Positions 19,399 to 27,850 of a DNA stretch of 64,000 nt are shown in pieces. Each line of letters begins with the position of its first letter. Within the stretch, counting starts at the first letter, position 1. The notes beneath the pieces are model-generated. The model was not told the origin of the DNA, did not search any database, and saw only the letters and a program-made list of their open reading frames with translations. A program made the position numbers and the translations under genes. The DNA comes from a virus (lineage: Duplodnaviria; Heunggongvirae; Uroviricota; Caudoviricetes), in the IMG/VR virus record IMGVR_UViG_3300011338_000526. The stretch is one strand, 5' to 3'.

Positions 19399-21105
19399 AT
19401 GATAAAATTTGATCGTATACGTTGGAAGAATTTTTTAAGTACGGGAAATCTCTTTACCGAAATTGATATCAACACACCGGGAACTACGTTGATCATAGGC
19501 GAGAATGGGGCGGGCAAGTCTAGTTTGCTGGACGCGCTGACTTTTTCTCTATTCGGTAAGCCTTTCCGGAACATTAACAAGCCTCAGCTCGTCAATACGA
19601 TCACTCGCAAGGATCTTGTTGTCGAGTTGGAATTCGCCGTGCAATCTAACAAATACAAGATCGTGCGTGGCATTAAGCCAAACATCTTTGAAGTTTATTG
19701 CAACGGATCCTTGGTCAATCAGTCTGCAGAGATGAAGGACTACCAGGAAGTTCTTGAGAAGTCAATTCTTAAAATCAACTACAAATCTTTCTGTCAGGTT
19801 GTAATTCTTGGTAGTGCCTCGTTCGTTCCTTTCATGGAGCTACCTGCAGCTCAGAGACGTTCGATCATCGAAGATCTTCTTGACCTTCAGGTATTCACTA
19901 CCATGAATACATTGCTCAAGCAAAGAGTGCAAGACAACGGATTGTCAGTCAATGAGAACGAGAACGAGCGCAAGATTATCGATACCAAGATCAAGATGGT
20001 CAAGGAACACCTCAAGGACGTTCGTAGCAAAAACGAACAGTTCATCAAGGAAAAGAAGGTGGCTCTTGATGATCTTGAAAATAAAATTAAAGAGGCGTAT
20101 TCTAGCAAGAAGCAGCACAACGACGATCTTGAACTCAAGTCAGCCGATATCGGTAATCGCGGTAACATTCAATCGAAGATTGATAAGCTGAAGACCTTCA
20201 GAGCTCAAATGGAGGCTAAGAATTCTATCCTCACGAAGGAAATCGAATTCTTTACTAACCATGACAACTGCCCAACTTGTAAACAAGAAATCAGCTCCGA
20301 GTTTAGCTGCACGATCGTCGATCAACGTCAGGTTGAAATTAAAGCAGTCGAGGACGGTCTAGCGCAGCTTGTTAAAAAGTATGAAGAGACCAATGCCGAG
20401 CTCAACAAGATTCTCGACCTAGACAAAGAGTGCGATCAAATTAAATCTAAAATGTCGCACGAATTGTTGAGGATCAGACTTCTTGAAGAACAAAAGCAGT
20501 CAATCGTCAACGAACTCAACGAAGCTAAAAAGACAGCCAAAGACAATTCAGACTTGAGAGTGGTTGATCTCGAAAAGAATCTGGAAACTCTCTCCGAGCA
20601 ATACAATCAATTACAAGAAGATAAGTATGTTTTGTCAGCAGCTGCTATGATGCTGAAAGATGGCGGGATCAAGACTCGAATCGTCAATCAGTACATTCCT
20701 ATCATCAACAAGCTGATCAACAAGTACCTGTCCGAGTTTGATTTGTATGTCGAGTTCAACCTTGACGAACAGTTCAACGAGGTGATCAAGTCTCGTCATA
20801 GGGATGAATTCAGTTACGCGTCGTTTAGCGAGGGCGAGAAGCAGAAGATCAATCTTGCAATTTTGTTTACTTGGCGAGCTGTTGCTAAGATGCGAAATTC
20901 TTTGAGCACTAATCTGCTCATCCTAGATGAAGTCTTTGACAGCTCATTGGATGGTCAGTCGGCTGATGATCTTCTCAAGATCCTTCAGAATATCAGCAAG
21001 GACTCTAACGTGTTTGTGATCTCTCACAGAGACGCTCTACACGACAAGTTCGAAAACACAATCAAGTTTGTGAAGACGAAATCTTTTTCTAGGATAGCAG
21101 AATGA
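19399..21105 (+). CDS. gp46: Recombination ATPase subunit (Rad50-like)
   Basis: GENGAGKS, CPTC zinc hook, FSEGEK, LILDEVFD. Confidence 0.96.
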   Translation: MIKFDRIRWKNFLSTGNLFTEIDINTPGTTLIIGENGAGKSSLLDALTFSLFGKPFRNINKPQLVNTITRKDLVVELEFAVQSNKYKIVRGIKPNIFEVYCNGSLVNQSAEMKDYQEVLEKSILKINYKSFCQVVILGSASFVPFMELPAAQRRSIIEDLLDLQVFTTMNTLLKQRVQDNGLSVNENENERKIIDTKIKMVKEHLKDVRSKNEQFIKEKKVALDDLENKIKEAYSSKKQHNDDLELKSADIGNRGNIQSKIDKLKTFRAQMEAKNSILTKEIEFFTNHDNCPTCKQEISSEFSCTIVDQRQVEIKAVEDGLAQLVKKYEETNAELNKILDLDKECDQIKSKMSHELLRIRLLEEQKQSIVNELNEAKKTAKDNSDLRVVDLEKNLETLSEQYNQLQEDKYVLSAAAMMLKDGGIKTRIVNQYIPIINKLINKYLSEFDLYVEFNLDEQFNEVIKSRHRDEFSYASFSEGEKQKINLAILFTWRAVAKMRNSLSTNLLILDEVFDSSLDGQSADDLLKILQNISKDSNVFVISHRDALHDKFENTIKFVKTKSFSRIAE

Positions 21106-21644
21106 ATCTTTTAAATTACAACGACCCGATGTTGAAGGTTAAGAGCGAACTTTTCGATTTCGAGAACCCGCCGTTCGAACCTATCGAGTTCTCTCGCAAA
21201 CTCGTAGAGTTCATGTATAGTAAGAACGCTGTTTGTTTGGCGGCAGTTCAGGTCGGGATCCCTTATCGAATCTTTGCCATGAGGGGATCTCCCGAAAACT
21301 TCGTTTGTTTCAACCCTAGGATTGTTATGCCGAGTCAAGAAACAATTAGACTCGAAGAAATCTCCTTGACTTTTCCGAATTTAACGGTTAAAATAAAGCG
21401 TCCGCAGCATTGCAAGGTTCGTTTCGCTACGCCAAATGGCGATATTAGAACTGAAACATACACTGGTTTGACAGCTAGAGTGTTTCAGCACACTATGGAT
21501 TTTCTTGATGGCGAGGTTTTCTATCACAAGGCGAATCCCATCCATCGTGAACAAGCTTTGAAGAAATGGAGGCAGAAATCAACATCTTCTACATCGATCC
21601 GTGCCCGATCCAATCCGCCCAATGGATGGTTGATCGCCACGTAG
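21102..21644 (+). CDS. Peptide deformylase-like protein with degenerate active site
   Basis: LAAVQVG, FNP.I, EEISLTFP (usual EGCLS), ARVFQHTMDFLDG (usual QHE.DHL.G). Confidence 0.75.
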   Translation: MNLLNYNDPMLKVKSELFDFENPPFEPIEFSRKLVEFMYSKNAVCLAAVQVGIPYRIFAMRGSPENFVCFNPRIVMPSQETIRLEEISLTFPNLTVKIKRPQHCKVRFATPNGDIRTETYTGLTARVFQHTMDFLDGEVFYHKANPIHREQALKKWRQKSTSSTSIRARSNPPNGWLIAT

Positions 21645-22123
21645 TTAAAATGATTCTAGAATCGGCGCAGCTACTTTCGACTGCGCATAGATTCCTAGAT
21701 GGTAGAGAAATCGTAGGCAAGTCAAAGACGGGACGCAACGCAAAACGTTGGGTTCTCGACGATGGGCGTGACGCTGTGCTTTATCAAGCAACGCACATCA
21801 ACCATCCGTCTGCGGTTTGGGCTCGGCAGTCTGTAGAGAATTATAACTGGCTCGTTGATCACTTCTTCGCGCTTGGCGACGAGTATACATATCGTTACGG
21901 TAAGAAGCACAAATGTTTCGGCGAACTCAGCTACATGCTACAGTCTCCGCCCAAAAACCTGACCGAGTACGACATGACTAAGATGCTTTGCGCGATGGCT
22001 GAAGAGTACATCATAAGCGAAGACCCTGTCGTCAACTATCGAAATTATTACAAACTCGGGAAGGCATCGATGCATTCCTGGAAGAACCGTCAACCCCCTG
22101 AATGGATTATGAACAATGAATGA
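21566..22123 (+). CDS. Pyrimidine dimer DNA glycosylase (DenV-like) family protein
   Basis: NIFY.D..P..SAQ.MVDRHVVKMILESAQLLSTAH; H.NHPS..W; YR.YY. Confidence 0.7.
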   Translation: MEAEINIFYIDPCPIQSAQWMVDRHVVKMILESAQLLSTAHRFLDGREIVGKSKTGRNAKRWVLDDGRDAVLYQATHINHPSAVWARQSVENYNWLVDHFFALGDEYTYRYGKKHKCFGELSYMLQSPPKNLTEYDMTKMLCAMAEEYIISEDPVVNYRNYYKLGKASMHSWKNRQPPEWIMNNE

Positions 22124-22334
22124 ATTTTTGCGTAATAATGGAATGGAAGTGATCTTCTTTACGTTGGGAACGATCGCGATCGTCGCCCTAATCGTCTGCA
22201 TCACGATCGGCACCATGAACGGCAATCAACACTACTACGAAGCTGTGAAGCATTGTGTTGATTCTCTTGGCACATGGGTTCCCAGTAACAACGTGGGTCT
22301 GTGCTTGATGAACAACGTGCAGATCTCACATTAA
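22116..22334 (+). CDS. Small membrane-anchored hypothetical protein
   Basis: Single hydrophobic segment. Confidence 0.6.
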   Translation: MNEFLRNNGMEVIFFTLGTIAIVALIVCITIGTMNGNQHYYEAVKHCVDSLGTWVPSNNVGLCLMNNVQISH

Positions 22335-22346
22335 GGATTATACATA

Positions 22347-22712
22347 ATGCAATATGAAATTACAGCATTTGACGTCGCGGCTCTTCGAGCTGTTCAAGAC
22401 AAGCTTCATGGACAATCGGTCGCGATGGGTTGGCATACGAAGCCTCGAGAAATCGGGACTTTGATTGCCCTTTGTCACTCGGAATTGTCTGAGGCTCTTG
22501 AAGGTGCCCGTAAGAATCTTATGGATGATCATCTTCCGCATCGTAAGATGATTGAAGTTGAGCTCGCCGATACAATCATTCGTATTTTCGATCTTGCCGG
22601 TCGAGAAGGTCTAGATGTAGCGGGCGCCATAGCCGAAAAGCATAATTACAACGCGAATCGCGCAGACCACCAGCTACAAAATCGCATGGCTGAGGGCGGT
22701 AAAGCGTTCTGA
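22347..22712 (+). CDS. MazG-like NTP pyrophosphohydrolase
   Basis: IALCHSELSEALEG.RK...EVELAD..IRIFDLA; KH.YN..R. Confidence 0.8.
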   Translation: MQYEITAFDVAALRAVQDKLHGQSVAMGWHTKPREIGTLIALCHSELSEALEGARKNLMDDHLPHRKMIEVELADTIIRIFDLAGREGLDVAGAIAEKHNYNANRADHQLQNRMAEGGKAF

Positions 22713-22718
22713 TTTCGC

Positions 22719-22747
22719 TTGACTTCCGCGAACATTCGCGCTATACT
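22719..22747 (+). promoter_or_regulatory. Sigma70-like promoter heading the DNA-modification cluster
   Basis: TTGACT-N17-TATACT. Confidence 0.7.
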
Positions 22748-22773
22748 GTTCTAGTAAAGTTTGGAGAATACAA

Positions 22774-24087
22774 ATGGTCAAGACACTCGTAATCAAGCCT
22801 GTCGACGCGGAAGATACGCTCGGAACCTTCATCACATCTGATCGCTACGATCTTCTTATTGAAGAGGATACGGATCTTTACGCCGAAGCTGTGACCGGCG
22901 AGACTAACGAGTCCAACATCATCTTTAAGTTCCGCAAGAACGTCTTCACTAAGGAAGAGTGCGACGCTGCCTATGCGGGCTTGAGGGATGCAGCGGTTGA
23001 ATCCCAAAACCGTGGTATGGCAGCTGGTCCTCGCGGCGAAATGTTATCCGCGTCTGGTCGCGGCGGTCGCGATTGGGTTACTGATTATCACCAAGATGTT
23101 CTCGACTTCTTTCTTCGCCCGGATGTAACGCTCGGCGAAGAAGAAACCGTCGAGTCTATCCGAGCGAAACACGCTGCGAGAGCGAAGAAAGACGAGACTC
23201 GCGGTCGCGTTTGGGTTCGCTCGGAAGTCACGAAAGTCTATCCGGAATATCACGGTTGGTTTGACAAGTGGGTTGATGGGCTTCACAATCTGCCGCGTTC
23301 AGAACAACGTGAGGCTACTAAACTGGTTGTTGACAAATACATCTCCGAGACCAACTACGCTCAGTCTGCGATGTCTGGTATCGCAGGTTACTTTGATCGT
23401 TATCCCCGCATCCCGTATGGTCGTGCGACTTCGTATACAGAAAAGAACCTTGAGAAGTTCAAGCTCTGCTATCCTTACTTGAGGAAGCTGAACCAACAGT
23501 TCAAGGAACTGATTCCGGGTAGGTGGAAGGCTCAACGCAATGAAGCGAACAAACTCGATCCCCGATTCCTTATTGATGACACTGTCTTTACTACTCTTAC
23601 CGTCAATCATAATTGGCGCACTGCCTGTCACCGCGATGCTGGCGACCTCACTGTTGGTTTTAGTAATATTTGCGGCGTCACTGGTCCAGAAGGTAAGGGA
23701 TGGAGAGGTGGTCAGTTCATTCTTCCTCAGTATCGGATTGCTATCAATCTTCAACCTGGTGATATGTTGCTGGTCAATAATCACGAAGGTATTCATGGCA
23801 ACGACGCGCTGATCGGTGAAGAAGACGACAATGACCGTATGACTATTGTTGCTTACTTCCGAGAGAAGATGACCGAACTTAAGTCCTGGGATTACGAGCA
23901 GCTTCGTAAGCAATACGTTGACGAACGTCATTCTAACAAGGATCATAAGTTCTGGCGTCCTCTTTGGAACGGCGTCTCCCCTGGTATGTGGGAAGATCAG
24001 GAGTGGTATGATTACATGAAGAAGCACAACATGAAGGATCCTTACGGCGACGAAGATCAATCGAGTCTCTCGGGGTTCTTCGATTGA
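22774..24087 (+). CDS. TET/JBP-family 2OG-Fe(II) dioxygenase
   Basis: FTTLTVNHNWRTACHRDAGD (HxD), GIHGN (distal His), RMTIVAYFREKM (2OG-binding Arg). Confidence 0.8.
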   Translation: MVKTLVIKPVDAEDTLGTFITSDRYDLLIEEDTDLYAEAVTGETNESNIIFKFRKNVFTKEECDAAYAGLRDAAVESQNRGMAAGPRGEMLSASGRGGRDWVTDYHQDVLDFFLRPDVTLGEEETVESIRAKHAARAKKDETRGRVWVRSEVTKVYPEYHGWFDKWVDGLHNLPRSEQREATKLVVDKYISETNYAQSAMSGIAGYFDRYPRIPYGRATSYTEKNLEKFKLCYPYLRKLNQQFKELIPGRWKAQRNEANKLDPRFLIDDTVFTTLTVNHNWRTACHRDAGDLTVGFSNICGVTGPEGKGWRGGQFILPQYRIAINLQPGDMLLVNNHEGIHGNDALIGEEDDNDRMTIVAYFREKMTELKSWDYEQLRKQYVDERHSNKDHKFWRPLWNGVSPGMWEDQEWYDYMKKHNMKDPYGDEDQSSLSGFFD

Positions 24088-24863
24088 TCGCGAACCTTTG
24101 CGGCGATATTGAGCTGCCAATCAATATCGCCTTGACTGACGAAAATGACCTGGGGCTGCACTCCAGGTCATACATTCATTACGCCGCAACGCATAAGGAC
24201 TTGGTATCAGCCAAGTGTTGGGCAACTAGGTGGCTCCTGCAGAACGTGAATCTGCAGAAGAGTTTGAGTTACAGCGTTGTCGAATACTTCTCTGGCATCG
24301 GCATTATGACAGCTATCATCAGAGATGTTTTTGGCGTGTCGAACCATTTTGCGCTTGAGATGGATGAACGCTGCTGTGAACAGATTCGTCTCTCTTTCCC
24401 TCAAGTGACCGTGGGTCTTGCCGACTTCAAAAAGATCGCTCAGATGGACTCTAACTATGATCTGAAGTTCCTCGACTTCCCTAGCTCTAGCATCGCTCAG
24501 CTACACACTAAATGGAAGATCGAAAACTTCCTGAAACAATTTGAATCCGGTCCTCAGTTGGTCGTCTGGACAGACACTTCAATTTGTTATCCAATGACTC
24601 TTCATGGTAAGAGCTACCAGAAGTACTTCGGAACGACGAATCAAATTTTTTCTATCGCGGACTATCTGACCGAATTTTCAACTTGGCTTTTCGAGAAAAC
24701 AGGTTATAGTATAACTACTGTAGCTCAACGCGCCAACAACGCATTATACATCGCTGCAGTTCCGGGCGAATCGCCTTCGATCAATTTCAAAAAGTTTGAC
24801 CTGGCAACTTACGGCGTGGGAGGATTTGTAATTAATGACTCAACAATCAGGACGGTGGTCTGA
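24084..24863 (+). CDS. SAM-dependent methyltransferase-fold protein
   Basis: VVEYFSGIGIM (motif I-like), ALEMD, GLADF, LKFLDFP; no C5-MTase PC motif; TTG start overlapping the TET stop. Confidence 0.5.
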   Translation: MIANLCGDIELPINIALTDENDLGLHSRSYIHYAATHKDLVSAKCWATRWLLQNVNLQKSLSYSVVEYFSGIGIMTAIIRDVFGVSNHFALEMDERCCEQIRLSFPQVTVGLADFKKIAQMDSNYDLKFLDFPSSSIAQLHTKWKIENFLKQFESGPQLVVWTDTSICYPMTLHGKSYQKYFGTTNQIFSIADYLTEFSTWLFEKTGYSITTVAQRANNALYIAAVPGESPSINFKKFDLATYGVGGFVINDSTIRTVV

Positions 24864-25995
24864 GCTTAACGGCGCAGCTGAAGTCAAGGATTTAGTGAAG
24901 GGTATGGATTTCAGGGAACCTCGCTATCGTCGCGAGGTTTTCTTGCGTTTCTACGAATTTCATTTGAAGCACCGTTCGCATCCGGGCGGAGTCTACTTCG
25001 CCATGCCTTGGATCGCGGACAAATTCAAGTTCAACGCTGAACAGAAGCTATGGTTTGCTTTCATCAACGGCTGTTCGCAGAATGTTGTAACGACCTGGAA
25101 TATCTTCCAACGGTTCCCCGATGTTCATTCCCTTAAAGTTGACGATTTGAATGACTGGTGGAATGTCTACTACTCAAAGTTCAAGGTTGGTAGTGGTTGG
25201 GACTCTGATCGCAAACATCATAAGATCGGAAAGACTGGTTTGCCCGTTGCGACCTACTCATACAAGAAGCAACTTGATAAGTATGGCAGTCAACAAGAGA
25301 TGTTCGAGGCTCAGTTCAAGGGCGACTCCCATAAGAACTTCGAATCAGTTTGGGACTTTGTCAGAACCAATTTCGTTTCGTTCGGTCGTCTCTCTACATT
25401 CTCATATCTTGAGTACCTTCGCATCCAGAACCTTCCTATCGAATGTAATAATTTGTTCCTTGAAGACATCGGCGGTTCTAAGTCGCACCGCAACGGTCTT
25501 TGTAAGGTTCTCGGGCGCGACGATCTTGATTGGTGGGATCATAAGCAAACTCACAATCCTAACTTTCCAGGCTATCAAAAAGAAACTATCGAGTGGCTGA
25601 AGCGTGAAGCTGATCTTCTTTTGGAAGATGCGAAGACAGCTATCAATCACCCGGATGTCAACTTCTTCACGCTCGAGAGTGCTCTTTGCACTTATAAGTC
25701 ATGGTATCGTCCCAACCGTCGCTACCCCAACGTATACATGGACATGATGCGAGATCGTATCCTTTACGCGGAAAAGGAATGGGGTAATGAGTTTGATCTG
25801 TTTTGGGAAATGAGGCGGGAATGTTTGCCCGACCATCTTCTTCTTGAAAAGACCCCAGCCGATCCGGGTCTTTGTCCCGAGAAACAAAATCATTATCGCT
25901 CGACGGGTCAGGTCATCATGATGGACAAGGATTGGGATTGTTTCTCCAACGACTTCAATGACAAGGTTGATTATTTGAATGGTGCATATTCCTAA
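24835..25995 (+). CDS. Amino acid:DNA transferase (aGPT-PPlase)-like base-hypermodification protein
   Basis: HhH-like FGRLSTFSYLE, SHRNGL, TLESALCTYKS motifs; located between TET and P-loop kinase. Confidence 0.6.
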   Translation: MTQQSGRWSELNGAAEVKDLVKGMDFREPRYRREVFLRFYEFHLKHRSHPGGVYFAMPWIADKFKFNAEQKLWFAFINGCSQNVVTTWNIFQRFPDVHSLKVDDLNDWWNVYYSKFKVGSGWDSDRKHHKIGKTGLPVATYSYKKQLDKYGSQQEMFEAQFKGDSHKNFESVWDFVRTNFVSFGRLSTFSYLEYLRIQNLPIECNNLFLEDIGGSKSHRNGLCKVLGRDDLDWWDHKQTHNPNFPGYQKETIEWLKREADLLLEDAKTAINHPDVNFFTLESALCTYKSWYRPNRRYPNVYMDMMRDRILYAEKEWGNEFDLFWEMRRECLPDHLLLEKTPADPGLCPEKQNHYRSTGQVIMMDKDWDCFSNDFNDKVDYLNGAYS

Positions 25996-27019
25996 CGATT
26001 TGGGCGGCGATTGGAGAATCGACAAGTTTGTCGAGTACCAACATAAGGTTCCTCCAATCTACCAAGCTATGTTCTCTCAGTACGCTAAAAACAAAAAGAT
26101 AACAGAACGAGAGGCTGTCATCGCCTCTTGGTTCATGGCTATCACTTACAGCGAAATCACAACAATCTGGCTTATGGAAACGTTTCCGCTAGATGATCCT
26201 GACCGCTACGAGAGTTGGTTTGAAGAGAACGAGCCGAAGATGATTTTCGGTTCAGCTAAAAAGTATAATCGTTACTGCGGTCGATTCGTTGCGCTTATGA
26301 AGGACTTTCGTAAGCATTACATAGAAGGAACGACGCCCGAAGCTAAGTTCTACAGCTTGATGGGCGAAGGAACCGAGAAGCAGAAGTACGATAACGTACA
26401 CAAGTATAACGGCAAGATCAGAGAGTTCGCTAGATTCTCCGCTGACTTATTCAATGAGTGCGCTATGGTCTTTCAGGATCATGATTATTTGAAGGGGAAG
26501 ATGTCGTCGCCCAATTCATTGAACTGGTACAAGGGTGCCAACGAAACTTCCGGCATGTTCAACCTCCTGTATGAAGATGACCTCGCCGAAGAGTATGACA
26601 AGACCGGCGTCGCTACAAAGGAAATGCAAGAGTGGTTTCCTCTGTTTGATCAGAAGCTTCTGTACATTCGAGACAAGATCTGGGATCGTTACCCGGAACG
26701 TAAGGTTGATATCCCTCTCTTCACTCCTAAAATCTGTTCTTTCCGCAATCTGTTCAAGGCTGCGCGCTATGGCGGTTACCATCATGATCGTCAACTTGAG
26801 CACATCAGACAGTATGAAAGTTTGCATCCAAAGCTTGACTATTTGTGGCAAAGCATATATACTATCAGGAAGCAAGTGTTTGATCCCGTGCTGCTCGGGG
26901 AAATCAACGGCTGGACGGGTATTCGCCCGGAAAGGAAAAAGCTTTGGTTGACCTATGGTATGACCGGAGTCGAAGCAGAATCAATAACGAAAACTAGAAG
27001 TCTAGATGATTTCTTTTGA
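25979..27019 (+). CDS. Second aGPT-PPlase/amino acid:DNA transferase-like paralog
   Basis: FARFSADLFNE aligns with FGRLSTFSYLE; ICSFRNLFK...RY.GY aligns with LCTYKSWY...RY of the upstream gene. Confidence 0.5.
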   Translation: MVHIPNDLGGDWRIDKFVEYQHKVPPIYQAMFSQYAKNKKITEREAVIASWFMAITYSEITTIWLMETFPLDDPDRYESWFEENEPKMIFGSAKKYNRYCGRFVALMKDFRKHYIEGTTPEAKFYSLMGEGTEKQKYDNVHKYNGKIREFARFSADLFNECAMVFQDHDYLKGKMSSPNSLNWYKGANETSGMFNLLYEDDLAEEYDKTGVATKEMQEWFPLFDQKLLYIRDKIWDRYPERKVDIPLFTPKICSFRNLFKAARYGGYHHDRQLEHIRQYESLHPKLDYLWQSIYTIRKQVFDPVLLGEINGWTGIRPERKKLWLTYGMTGVEAESITKTRSLDDFF

Positions 27020-27564
27020 AAGGTTACATTATGCAAGTGATTGCTATTGGCGGAGAGCCTGGTTCCGGTAAGACAACCTTGATGAAGCGATTGGTTGAGC
27101 ACTTTAAAGTTCAACCCAAGTACGACAAAGTCAAGTTAGTTCCGTACCTACAGAGCGGTAACATTTACATCCTCGGTAAGTATGAAGATGATCAGGTGTT
27201 TGCCGGCACTGATCGTATGAGTATGGCTGTGCAACCCGAAGCGATTAAGTTTCTAAAAACTCTTCCGGAAGATTCCGTTGTTCTGTATGAAGGCGATAGG
27301 TTGTTCACAGCTTCATTCCTCGAACACTGTGCCAACAACCATATTCTTTCTATCATCTACCTTTCGACTGATAGAGACACGCGTCGCGCTCGATACGAAG
27401 AGCGCGGTAGTAATCAGGATGCGACTTGGCTTCAGGGTCGCGAGAGCAAGATCGCGAACATCCTAGGCAATCTTGTGTTGATGTGGCACACCGAAAAGTT
27501 TGATAACAACGACCTAGAGGAGCAAGAAACAGTATTCAACCACATAGTGAAGATGGCGGAGTGA
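27016..27564 (+). CDS. P-loop nucleotide/DNA kinase
   Basis: IGGEPGSGKTT Walker A, AGTDRMS, LYEGDRL, R...RGS.Q lid. Confidence 0.7.
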   Translation: MKGYIMQVIAIGGEPGSGKTTLMKRLVEHFKVQPKYDKVKLVPYLQSGNIYILGKYEDDQVFAGTDRMSMAVQPEAIKFLKTLPEDSVVLYEGDRLFTASFLEHCANNHILSIIYLSTDRDTRRARYEERGSNQDATWLQGRESKIANILGNLVLMWHTEKFDNNDLEEQETVFNHIVKMAE

Positions 27565-27848
27565 TGGATCAAGAGATCGAATACAAGTACGCCGAGGATC
27601 AGATCCTACAAGATCTAGAAGCGTACATAAATAAGACATATGGCGAGCATTACAAAACTTCGGACAACATCGAATGTTTTGATGCTTGGTTCGCTCTAGG
27701 CGACGCAACCACCACATTCCGGGACACGGCGATCAAGTATCTTTGGCGCTACGGAAAGAAAAACGGCAATAACAAAGGCGACTTAATGAAAGCATTACAT
27801 TATGTGATGCTAACGCTATACAGTGACCATTACAAAAAGAAGGATTAA
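27561..27848 (+). CDS. DUF3310-like protein
   Basis: HY...IECFDA, AIKYLWRYGKK.G...DL.KALHY. Confidence 0.7.
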   Translation: MMDQEIEYKYAEDQILQDLEAYINKTYGEHYKTSDNIECFDAWFALGDATTTFRDTAIKYLWRYGKKNGNNKGDLMKALHYVMLTLYSDHYKKKD

Positions 27849-27850
27849 TC

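Noticed and set aside
23299-24120. 273-aa minus-strand ORF
   Set aside because: Shadow of the TET/JBP gene; no RBS or motifs.
24084-24863. C5-cytosine DNA methyltransferase partner of TET
   Set aside because: Lacks the PC and ENV motifs; kept only as a generic SAM-fold protein.
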